A DNA stretch of 63,538 nt, the filler included, from Octopus bimaculoides (Eukaryota): the NCBI RefSeq assembly GCF_001194135.2. It is 7 parts of 7 records of this genome, joined end to end, with 100 filler letters (N's around TTAATTAATTAA, not from the genome) between each part and the next. Parts side by side here need not be neighbours in the genome. Positions count along the whole stretch, not along the records: positions 33,868 to 54,261 come from NC_068997.1; positions 54,362 to 60,281 come from NW_026422668.1; positions 60,382 to 62,382 come from NW_026363562.1; positions 62,483 to 63,538 come from NW_026397188.1; 3 more parts are not named here. One strand, written 5' to 3'. Shown in pieces: positions 51,451 through 62,584 of this stretch. The notes below the pieces were generated by a model. It was not told the DNA's origin, did no database searches, and saw only the letters and a program-made list of their open reading frames with translations. Made by a program: the position numbers and the translations under genes. Every line of letters begins with the position of its first letter. Position 1 is the stretch's first letter.

Positions 51451-51546
<96 letters not shown>
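51438..51546. repeat. (GATA)n-(GA)n microsatellite; representative of many others, e.g. (TA)n 16054-16110 and 53060-53122; (CA)n 19448-19490, 31344-31480 and 54168-54261; (GATA)n 24435-24492; (CTAT)n 32890-32955 and 33725-33760; (AGC)n 58500-58588; (AAT)n 58715-58773
   Basis: Direct reading. Confidence 0.95.
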
Positions 51547-51548
<2 letters not shown>

Positions 51549-53056
51549 GTGTAATATCATTTTCAAGACATGAGCAATAATTACTTTTATGCAGTTGAAA
51601 TGAACTCGATTGTCATTATCATATTGGTTTCAAATTTTGGCATAAGGTCAGCAATTTCGAGTGGGGTTGGGGGTTAAGGCGATTAAATCGACCTTAATGC
51701 TCAACTGGTAATTATTTTACCGACCCGGAAAGGATGAAAGGTGAAGTCGACGTCACTGAATTTGAACTTAGAATGTAAAGACGGGCCAAATACCGCCAAG
51801 CATTTTGCTTGGCGTGTTTAACGATTGTGCCAGCTCGCCGCCTTAATTGTCATTATCATACTGGAGGATGTTTTCATGATCTCTGTTTATAGACGCCGAG
51901 TAGGCTGCAGGTGAATGGATCTATTTGCTGAAAGTGGGACGAACCGTTCTGTCATATGTTTTGTTCGCAAGGATACAGAGCAGAAAGTACATCATGATTG
52001 CTTAAAAAGAAAAGTGTGGTGGATATAAACTCGCAAAATTCTGGCATCGAACAGAAGACATTTCCTCGGCAGGAAAGATAGGTAAACAGACTTAAGATTA
52101 GTTGATACAGCTTTTGAGGATCATAGGATATTACTTGGAATGATCTTATAAAACAAGTGTTTAAAATTAAGAAGGGTAATATTTTATATTCAGAAAGCCC
52201 CCAGAAGCTGATAATATTTTTCAGACTTAAGAGATATATTTTTATCTATAGACACTTGATGGATAAACAGTGCACGCCAACAAAAATTATGTGTGGATAC
52301 TTTTTCACTATACTTGACAACAATACAGCTACTTTTCTTTACATTTCGGAGCTTAAGAATCTTAATAAAGAGAAGAGAAAGCTTCAACTTGTTTTGTGAA
52401 CAAGAGAGAGTGAAACCCTTGAACCTCCAAAATAATATCGAAAATTTCACTTGCCCCTAAGGAAAGGGAGGAACTGCTTTGAGATACATTTCAAAATGCT
52501 ACTCACTTTGAGTGTACACATAAATTTCAATGCGGTATATTAATGGTACAATCCCATGAAAAACAACATAGTAACTACAATGTAAATTGCAAATAAATAT
52601 AGCACGCTCAACAGGTTAGTCTGGAACAGAAGGTGAAAAAAATTATTCTGTAGCTGTAGAGATCAACTATCCATAGTTATGAATGCCTTATCCAAACTTT
52701 ATAAGAAAGAGAACACTTATTGACTTACACTGATTTCACTCTGGTAATAAATTTTAATATGTGCTTCTAATAATTGATGCTCTGGATAATATTACGAAAT
52801 ATCTTGCAAAGGTGAGATTTTCAAGGAAAGAAAAAGAACATCTTCAAATTTCATAAATAAGCGGAACATTAAATAGCGCAACAAATTTTTTTATAGTTTA
52901 ACAGTAACGAATCGCTATGTTACAAGTAAGTAAAACCACCACCATTGTCAAGCGATGCGAGACAAACTCATGGAAACACACATGCTCACATACACACATA
53001 GATACACATACGCGTATGCATGCATCTGCATATGTACATACATATGTGTGCATTTA

Positions 53057-53125
<69 letters not shown>

Positions 53126-54208
53126 CGGCTGTCCGTCATTAAGATTATTGTTCACTCAGCCAAATTTATACTTTGCACTTGTGGCTCCGCTCGTGGTTAA
53201 TGATCCCGTCTCTTGATAGACTTACACGTCCTCAATTATTGCAGACCAAGCTTCGCCCATTCACTACACTATTGGTGCGTTTTCGAGTAGATCGCTTAAA
53301 TTTTGCATATATAAAGGCATACTTTATTTTTTTTACTGAAAATACCCACTCTTTCCTTTACTTGTTTTCTCAGTGGCGATATCAAGCATTGCTTTCCGAA
53401 TTTGACCACCCATATCACACGTGCTTACAAGGAGGATTTAGCTTTCCACAAACAAGTTCACCATACAGCTTCTGTTTAGAGATCCTCTAATCATTCATCC
53501 GAATAAGGTGTCCGACCCAACATAATCGTTAGAATTTTCCTACTGATCTGTTTCGGTTTAATTGTCCACTTCAGCGAGGATATAGCATCTTTGGCTATTC
53601 ACTTCTAGTTTACTTAAAAATTCGATGCTTTCACATCATCATCTCAATCACCCCCTAAAAAGGCTTTAAAAGAAAATAACTGTAGAGTAATCTCCATTAT
53701 ACATGTTGCAGGTATTTTAATAATTAATTTAATAATATTTGTTGTTTTCAAAACTTTATAGCACACTAGTTTACAATTCTTACTTGTTCTATGTGTTTTC
53801 TTTTAATTGCTTATGTATATGACATACTTAATGTATGTATATCATTGAAAAGTCAGGGGTTACAACGGTCATCTCGGGAAAGATCCTTTTATAGACTCAG
53901 TGTGTTAAAAACACAACATACTTCAAAGAAAGGCAAAACGGAAATCGTTTCGGGAGAAACCACAAGAGTGACAGATGCGCATTTCACCGTCTTTCCGGTT
54001 TGTTAATGCCGCACATTCACCTACGAAACAAAGTCGCGTCGATCAGAAAATTATATGTAGATGAAATATGGAGTAGGTGTATAAAGCAATGTGATATCTC
54101 AGGAAATTATAACAAGCATAAAAATAAAACTTTATGACACTGTTGCACAGACATACGATTACACACTCGCACACACACACTCACACACGCACTCACACAC
54201 TCACACAA

Positions 54209-54261
<53 letters not shown>

Positions 54262-54361
54262 NNNNNNNNNNNNNNNNNNNNNNNNNNNNNNNNNNNNNNN
54301 NNNNNTTAATTAATTAANNNNNNNNNNNNNNNNNNNNNNNNNNNNNNNNNNNNNNNNNNNN

Positions 54362-54396
<35 letters not shown>

Positions 54397-54932
54397 CTGT
54401 GCGTGTGTGTACACCTCAGCAGTAAGTTAAACAAGAACAGGGTGTCAAGTAACAGGCCTGTAACTGCCCGGTCGCAAGCTCTGCAAGAAACAGCAGCCAA
54501 GCTCTCCTTCACCCGGACAGTCTTCAAAATTAAAGCGACTTTTATTAGATAAAAAAAATATACGACGGCTACAATGGTCTTAAAGAATGTCTTTATCGAT
54601 AGGTCGGCCAGATCTGGATTCATCTGATCTTACACAACAATTTTAAAAATAGTTATCGGTTATAACAAGAAACATGGTGAAAATTGTTGCGGAAGTCGGC
54701 CGACCACTCACGGAAGTCACCTGATTGTTTGACGTCATTGTAGTTTTGAAAATGTGAAAAGCTAATGTCTCTATTGTGTGTTACTTGAATTGTTTATAAA
54801 TGCATGTTTATACAAATATATAATATATAACTAACCTCGTACAGACACAGGAATACAGGCAGGAGCACGTATACATGCATAAACACATACAGACCGAAGC
54901 AACAATATATAGGTATGTGTACACATAAACCA

Positions 54933-55010
<78 letters not shown>

Positions 55011-55015
55011 TTGTG

Positions 55016-55410
55016 CACAGGCGCGGCTGTGTAGTATGAAGCTTGCTTCCCAACCACATGGTTCTGGGTTCAGTCCCATTACGAGGCACCTTGGGCAAGT
55101 GTCTTCTAGTATAGCCTCGTGCCGACCAAGGCCTTGTGAGTGGATTTGGTAGACGGAAACTGAAAAGAAGCCCGTCGCATTTATGTGTGTATATCTATAC
55201 ATTTATGTGTGTCTGTGTTTATCCCCACTAACATCACCACCACCATCACTTGACAACCGATGTTGGTGTGTTTACGTCCCCGTAACTGAGCGGATCGTCA
55301 AAATAGGCATACAAAGAATAAGTCCTGATGTCGATTTCTTCGACCAGAAGCCGGTGCTTCAGCATTGCCGCAGTCAAATGGCTGAAACAAGTAAAAGAAT
55401 AAAGGAATAC
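55016..55410 (+). mobile_element. CORE-like tRNA-SINE (octopus OR1/OR2-like by inference) with a LINE-derived 3' tail; partial copies at 35925-36046, 36505-36552, 52915-52990 (-) and 59535-59630
   Basis: A-box-like GGCTGTGTAG, B-box GGTTCAGTCCC, CORE-like CACCTTGGGCAAGT, internal microsatellite, and tail GGTGCT-CAGCAT-GCCGCAGTCAAATGGCTGAAAC. Confidence 0.85.
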
Positions 55411-56559
55411 ATACATACATACATACATACATTCATACATACATGCGAGCCTTAGTAGTTGATCTCTAAATTCCAATGAGAAAAGAACCTTATTGGAAAT
55501 CGGCTCTTTATTCTATTGATGAAAAGTTCGGAAAATATGACTGGAATATACATACATATAAACATATGTATGTGTATAACCTTGATAGACAGGTACACAT
55601 AGGTGCATGTATATATATTTGAGTGTGCAAGTGTACACACACATGCATATGCGCGTACAAATGTAAATGTTTTCAGGCATACGTATATGCATACGATTAC
55701 ACATTCACATAAATGCACACATATTCTCATACTTACACATACATACAGACTTAATACGATACAAACTTAACAGATAAATACACACACTCNNNNNNNNNNN
55801 NNNNNNNNNNNNNNNNNNNNNNNNNNNNNNNNNNNNNNNNNNNNNNNNNNNNNNNNNNNNNNNNNNNNNNNNNNNNNNNNNNNNNNNNNNNNNNNNNNNN
55901 NNNNNNNNNNNNNNNNNNNNNNNNNNNNNNNNNNNNNNNNNNNNNNNNNNNNNNNNNNNNNNNNNNNNNNNNNNNNNNNNNNNNNNNNNNNNNNNNNNNN
56001 NNNNNNNNNNNNNNNNNNNNNNNNNNNNNNNNNNNNNNNNNNNNNNNNNNNNNNNNNNNNNNNNNNNNNNNNNNNNNNNNNNNNNNNNNNNNNNNNNNNN
56101 NNNNNNNNNNNNNNNNNNNNNNNNNNNNNNNNNNNNNNNNNNNNNNNNNNNNNNNNNNNNNNNNNNNNNNNNNNNNNNNNNNNNNNNNNNNNNNNNNNNN
56201 NNNNNNNNNNNNNNNNNNNNNNNNNNNNNNNNNNNNNNNNNNNNNNNNNNNNNNNNNNNNNNNNNNNNNNNNNNNNNNNNNNNNNNNNNNNNNNNNNNNN
56301 NNNNNNNNNNNNNNNNNNNNNNNNNNNNNNNNNNNNNNNNNNNNNNNNNNNNNNNNNNNNNNNNNNNNNNNNNNNNNNNNNNNNNNNNNNNNNNNNNNNN
56401 NNNNNNNNNNNNNNNNNNNNNNNNNNNNNNNNNNNNNNNNNNNNNNNNNNNNNNNNNNNNNNNNNNNNNNNNNNNNNNNNNNNNNNNNNNNNNNNNNNNN
56501 NNNNNNNNNNNNNNNNNNNNNNNNNNNNNNNNNNNNAGTTTCTTCAATGACAATATTGA

Positions 56560-56845
56560 CCAAGGTTACCGTGGTCTTTTCCGTTGGCTTTTCTTTCCAC
56601 GGTTAAACCTAAACTGTCCTCCCCTCTTTTTACACGAGAACATTACTGTGATACACGATCCCTATTGATCGCTTTTTTTTTCCTCGATCCCTTTTGATCG
56701 AACTCCCCCCTTTTTCCCTTCCTACGATCCCTTTTGATCGACACACCCCTACTTTTTTTTCCTTCCCCCTCCCAAAAAGAAAAGCTCTACGTTGTATTTG
56801 TCCCATCTTTGTTGAGCCCTGTGTGGCTAATAAAAGAAATGTATC
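56560..56845 (+). mobile_element. Probable 3' UTR of an unidentified non-LTR element
   Basis: Pyrimidine-rich segment with a local GATCCCTTTTGATCG duplication. It ends in TTTGTCCC ... AGCCCTGTGTGGCTAATAAAAGAAAT, similar to the SINE tail at 29105-29160. Confidence 0.4.
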
Positions 56846-56859
56846 TTGATATTCATCTG

Positions 56860-58080
56860 TATAGCTACCTATCTAGCTAGTTATCCCTCTATCTTCCTAT
56901 CCATCTCTCCCGCTATCCACCTATCTAGCTGTCCACCTATCTAGCTACCCACCTACCTAGTTATATTCCTATCTTGCTACCCATCTCTTTCACCATCCAT
57001 CTTTCTAGCTACCCACCTATCTAGCTACCCACCTACCAAGTTATACTCCTATCATGCTATCCATCTGTTTCATTGTTAACCTTGCTAGCTAGCTCGCTAT
57101 CTGTCTCGCAAAACTACCGGTCTAACTTCCTCTCATAAATCACCTCACACATACCTATTAATCGATCTATCTAGTTCTCCTTCGATCTTTTTATCTGATT
57201 ATCCATCTATTGATCTATCTCACTAACCACCAGTCTATCTATCAACCAATCTAGCAGTCAACCTCTCAAGCTATTTATCTATCAAGTTAGCACCCATCTA
57301 ATTGGTCAATTATGTAGCTATGATTATTTATCAGTTTGTCTTCATAACTATCCACCTATCCAGCTGTCTATTGGTCAAGCTAGGTCGGTGGATAGCTAGG
57401 TTGGTAGATATCTAGGTCGCTGTCTTACTATCTGCCTATTTAACAATCCACATAATTGCTATACACTTATCTAGCTTTCTGAATATCTATTGATCTTTCT
57501 AGCCATCCACACACCTATCTATCCACCGACTTAGCTATTCAGCGAGTTAGATATCTACCAACCTAGCAATCCACCCACCTAGCTATCCACCGACCTAGCT
57601 ATCCACCAATCTAGCAATCCACCAACCTAGCAATCCACCAACTTAGCAATCCACCAACCTATCTATCCACTGACATAGCAATCCACCAACCCAGCAATCC
57701 ACCAACCTAGCAATCCACCAACCTAGCAATCCACCAACCTAGCTATCCACTGACCTAGCTATCTACCGATCTAGCTATCCACCGGCTTAGCTATCCACCA
57801 ACCTAGCAATCCACCAACCTAGCAATCCACTGACCTAGCTATCCACCGATCTAGCTATCCACCGACTTAGCTATTCAGCGACCTAGCTATCTACCAAACT
57901 AGCTATCCACCGACCTAGCTATCCACTCACCTAGCTAACCCTTTGCTTATTCCACTATCCACCTCACTACCTATTCATCTATCTAACAACCCATTCATCT
58001 AGCTATCTAGCTATCTAGCTACCCACTTGGTTATCTACCTTTCGATCTATTTCGCTAATTTCCGATATAACTATCTACCA
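56860..58080. repeat. Degenerate CTAT/CCAT/CTAG low-complexity tract with a 16-bp minisatellite core (about 57545-57930)
   Basis: Unit ACCTAGC(A/T)ATCCAC(C/T)(A/G), about 20-24 copies. Confidence 0.9.
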
Positions 58081-58672
58081 CAGACAGGTAGACTGGGCTG
58101 TAGACAGTTGAGTGTCTTCTTCATAGACACACTACAGTGAACTATTCTACGTAGACTGGAGTGCTGACAGTGTCTTGTTCATGGACACAGTACAGTGAAC
58201 TATACATCACTATTTGGAACCCACATAATGCAAGGGTAGTGACTAAAACTGTTGATAGCTGATTCTTGTTCAAGAACGCAATACTTTGAAATTTAACACA
58301 TTACGGTACCTGCTTTACGGCTAAGCGGACTGAAGCTTGCAGGAATAAAAAGTGACAGGGAGCAGTTTAAGACATTTAATAATTAATGTTTCAAGCATTA
58401 ACAAACTCATAAGATAACCCACAGCGTAGCGTTGCATAATGCAATGACGTAAGAAATGTCGAAAATCGATCAACGCTACAACAGTAACAACAACACAGAC
58501 GACAACAGCAGCTGTAACAACAGCAGTAGCAGCAGCAGTAGCAGCAGCAACAACAGCAGCAACAGCAGCAACAGCAGCAGAAGCAGCAAGATCCTCAAAA
58601 GAAATTGGATTAGATTTTCACTAAAATCTAAAGTGTCGTTGCAAATGTTTAAAATATAGGATTGACCAATAT

Positions 58673-58703
<31 letters not shown>

Positions 58704-58725
58704 AACAAATAGAGATAATAATAAC

Positions 58726-58773
<48 letters not shown>

Positions 58774-59759
58774 NNNNNNNNNNNNNNNNNNNNNNNNNNN
58801 NNNNNNNNNNNNNNNNNNNNNNNNNNNNNNNNNNNNNNNNNNNNNNNNNNNNNNNNNNNNNNNNNNNNNNNNNNNNNNNNNNNNNNNNNNNNNNNNNNNN
58901 NNNNNNNNNNNNNNNNNNNNNNNNNNNNNNNNNNNNNNNNNNNNNNNNNNNNNNNNNNNNNNNNNNNNNNNNNNNNNNNNNNNNNNNNNNNNNNNNNNNN
59001 NNNNNNNNNNNNNNNNNNNNNNNNNNNNNNNNNNNNNNNNNNNNNNNNNNNNNNNNNNNNNNNNNNNNNNNNNNNNNNNNNNNNNNNNNNNNNNNNNNNN
59101 NNNNNNNNNNNNNNNNNNNNNNNNNNNNNNNNNNNNNNNNNNNNNNNNNNNNNNNNNNNNNNNNNNNNNNNNNNNNNNNNNNNNNNNNNNNNNNNNNNNN
59201 NNNNNNNNNNNNNNNNNNNNNNNNNNNNNNNNNNNNNNNNNNNNNNNNNNNNNNNNNNNNNNNNNNNNNNNNNNNNNNNNNNNNNNNNNNNNNNNNNNNN
59301 NNNNNNNNNNNNNNNNNNNNNNNNNNNNNNNNNNNNNNNNNNNNNNNNNNNNNNNNNNNNNNNNNNNNNNNNNNNNNNNNNNNNNNNNNNNNNNNNNNNN
59401 NNNNNNNNNNNNNNNNNNNNNNNNNNNNNNNNNNATTACATCAACTCCAGTGTGTGACTGGTACTTATTTCATCGACCCCAAAAGTACGAAAGGCTAAGT
59501 CGACCTCAGCGGAATTTGAACTCAAAACGTAGTGACTGGCGGTTCGGCAAAGAGACCGATGGAATAAGTATTAGGCTTGAAAAATAAGTCCTGAGATCAA
59601 TTTGTTTGACCAGATCCATACAAATATATTTTCTGCTTCTTGCTGTTGTAGTGAATGTATACTGGTTCGTTTTGTCATTTATTACGATGTTATTCGTTGT
59701 AGTGATGGCGGTGGTGGGGTTGGCTGGGTTCGAGAAACTGCAAAACCAGCAAAGTCATT

Positions 59760-60281
59760 ATGTACCCCTTCCACATGGGGAAACGTACAGCACGTGTCCG
59801 CATTCCTAGGATCCCTCCAGGGCTTGATATGTGATGGCTTCTGGGATGCGCAATTGAGGAAGGGGCGGATACCGTTCCGATAGAGGTGACAAGAACTGCC
59901 AGGGAGGGCTGGTCCGAGATCGACCTGGAGGTACTTCTCCAGATCAGGTCCGAAAACAAAAAAGTCCCGGACCACATCTGTCTCCAGAACGGGACGATGA
60001 TACACAATGACTGAGAGCAAAAAGTTGTATTGTTTAATTTGTGGAGAAACTACTCATTTGCAAGTTTGCTGCCCCCAACTGGTAAAAAGTGCCGGTGGTC
60101 AAAGGTCTCCACTGCTGCCTATGCCGAGACGAAGACCACAACCAACACCAGCACCGGCAAAACCACCAGCAACAAAAAACGAAACGCCAAAGACATTAAC
60201 CACTCTAGGAGGAAACGAGGAAAGCTCTTCCTCCCTACACCAAACAAAAATACAGACGTGAACAAGAATATAAACATACAC
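59760..60281 (+). pseudogene. Divergent Tx1-type ORF1 fragment with CCHC knuckle
   Basis: HMGKRTARVRIPRIPPGLDM*WLLGCAI ... GWSEIDLEVLLQ ... VPDHICLQNG aligns by eye to YMGKRMARVTVGDIPVGYDVMWVAAAI ... NWRGQTLEMVVQ ... FPDRVFVAEG at 23888-24223. It is followed by CLICGETTHLQVCC. Confidence 0.75.
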
Positions 60282-60381
60282 NNNNNNNNNNNNNNNNNNN
60301 NNNNNNNNNNNNNNNNNNNNNNNNNTTAATTAATTAANNNNNNNNNNNNNNNNNNNNNNNNNNNNNNNNNNNNNNNNNNNN

Positions 60382-62382
60382 AATGGGCGTACGTACGTTC
60401 AGGCCAAGGGCAACGGACGAAGTTCCGTAGGCCTTGGCTCGAACTGGCGTACGTACGTTCAGGCCAAGGGCCACGGACGAAGTTCCGTTGCACTTGGCTC
60501 GAGCTGGCGTACGTAAGTCCATACTAAGGACAACGGACGAAGTTCCGTAGCTCTTGGCTTGGACGGGCGTACGTACGATCAGGCCATAGGCAACGGACGA
60601 AGTTCCGTAGCTCTTTACTCGAACGGGACTACGTACGTTCAGGACAAGAGCAACGGACGAAGCTCCGTAGCTCTTCGACAGAACGGGCGGACGTTGAGGC
60701 AAGAGCTACGGACGAAGCTCCGTAACTCATCGACAGAACGTGGGTACGTTGAGGCAAGAGCAATGGACGAAACTCCGTAGCTCTTCGACAGAATGGTCGT
60801 ACGTTGAGGCAAGAGCAACGGAAAAANNNNNNNNNNNNNNNNNNNNNNNNNNNNNNNNNNNNNNNNNNNNNNNNNNNNNNNNNNNNNNNNNNNNNNNNNN
60901 NNNNNNNNNNNNNNNNNNNNNNNNNNNNNNNNNNNNNNNNNNNNNNNNNNNNNNNNNNNNNNNNNNNNNNNNNNNNNNNNNNNNNNNNNNNNNNNNNNNN
61001 NNNNNNNNNNNNNNNNNNNNNNNNNNNNNNNNNNNNNNNNNNNNNNNNNNNNNNNNNNNNNNNNNNNNNNNNNNNNNNNNNNNNNNNNNNNNNNNNNNNN
61101 NNNNNNNNNNNNNNNNNNNNNNNNNNNNNNNNNNNNNNNNNNNNNNNNNNNNNNNNNNNNNNNNNNNNNNNNNNNNNNNNNNNNNNNNNNNNNNNNNNNN
61201 NNNNNNNNNNNNNNNNNNNNNNNNNNNNNNNNNNNNNNNNNNNNNNNNNNNNNNNNNNNNNNNNNNNNNNNNNNNNNNNNNNNNNNNNNNNNNNNNNNNN
61301 NNNNNNNNNNNNNNNNNNNNNNNNNNNNNNNNNNNNNNNNNNNNNNNNNNNNNNNNNNNNNNNNNNNNNNNNNNNNNNNNNNNNNNNNNNNNNNNNNNNN
61401 NNNNNNNNNNNNNNNNNNNNNNNNNNNNNNNNNNNNNNNNNNNNNNNNNNNNNNNNNNNNNNNNNNNNNNNNNNNNNNNNNNNNNNNNNNNNNNNNNNNN
61501 NNNNNNNNNNNNNNNNNNNNNNNNNNNNNNNNNNNNNNNNNNNNNNNNNNNNNNNNNNNNNNNNNNNNNNNNNNNNNNNNNNNNNNNNNNNNNNNNNNNN
61601 NNNNNNNNNNNNNNNNNNNNNNNNNNNNNNNNNNNNNNNNNNNNNNNNNNNNNNNNNNNNNNNNNNNNNNNNNNNNNNNNNNNNNNNNNNNNNNNNNNNN
61701 NNNNNNNNNNNNNNNNNNNNNNNNNNNNNNNNNNNNNNNNNNNNNNNNNNNNNNNNNNNNNNNNNNNNNNNNNNNNNNNNNNNNNNNNNNNNNNNNNNNN
61801 NNNNNNNNNNNNNNNNTAGCACTTGGCTCGAACGGGCGTACGTACGTTCAGGCCAAGGGCAACGGACGAAGTTCCGTAGCACTTCGACAGAACGGGCGGA
61901 CGTTGAGGCAAGAGCTACGGACGAAGCTCCGTAACTCATCGACAGAACGTCGGTACGTTGAGGCAAGAGCAATGGACGAAGCTCCGTAGCTCTTCGACAG
62001 AATGGTCGTACGTTGAGGCAAGAGCAACGGAAAATGCTCCGTAGCCCTTCGACACAACGGGCGAACGTTGAGGTAAGAGCAACGGACGAATCTCCGTAGC
62101 TCTTCGGCAGAAAGAGCGTACGTTGAAAACAAGAGCAACGGATGAAGCTCCGTAGCTCTCCGGCAGAACGAGCGTACGCACGTTCAGGCCAAGTGCAACG
62201 GACGATGTTACGTAGCACTTTGCTAGAACGGGCGTACGTACATGCAGGCCAAGGGCAACGGACGAAGTTCCGTAGCTATTGGCTCGAACGGGCGTACGTA
62301 GTTTCAGGCAAGGGGCAACGGACGAAGTTCCCTAGCTCTTGGCACGAACAACCGTACGTAAGTTCAGGCCAAGAGCAATGAA
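60382..62382. repeat. CpG-rich palindromic satellite with 60-bp and 55-bp units (N gap 60827-61817)
   Basis: Loop anchors at 60418, 60478, 60538, 60598, 60658, 60713, 60768 and 60823, then 61867, 61922, 61977, 62032, 62087, 62143, 62203, 62263 and 62323. Confidence 0.95.
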
Positions 62383-62584
62383 NNNNNNNNNNNNNNNNNN
62401 NNNNNNNNNNNNNNNNNNNNNNNNNNTTAATTAATTAANNNNNNNNNNNNNNNNNNNNNNNNNNNNNNNNNNNNNNNNNNNNTCTTTATTGAAATTACAC
62501 TTGCGCTCCATACTTTTTTTAACAGGTGAAAATCGGTCCTTGCCTTACTTATTCTTGTCTTACTATCTTCGTCGGTGCTGCATG

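Noticed and set aside
3953-61934. Long ORFs of 200-500 aa in the ORF track, including YIYI, HTHT, VCVC and poly-D/H/R proteins
   Set aside because: They read through N gaps or microsatellites and have no coding signal.
12658-62438. Six identical TTAATTAATTAA 12-mers that look like a regularly recurring motif
   Set aside because: Each is centred in a 100-bp block (44 N + 12 + 44 N) and has stops in all frames, so it is an artificial scaffold linker.
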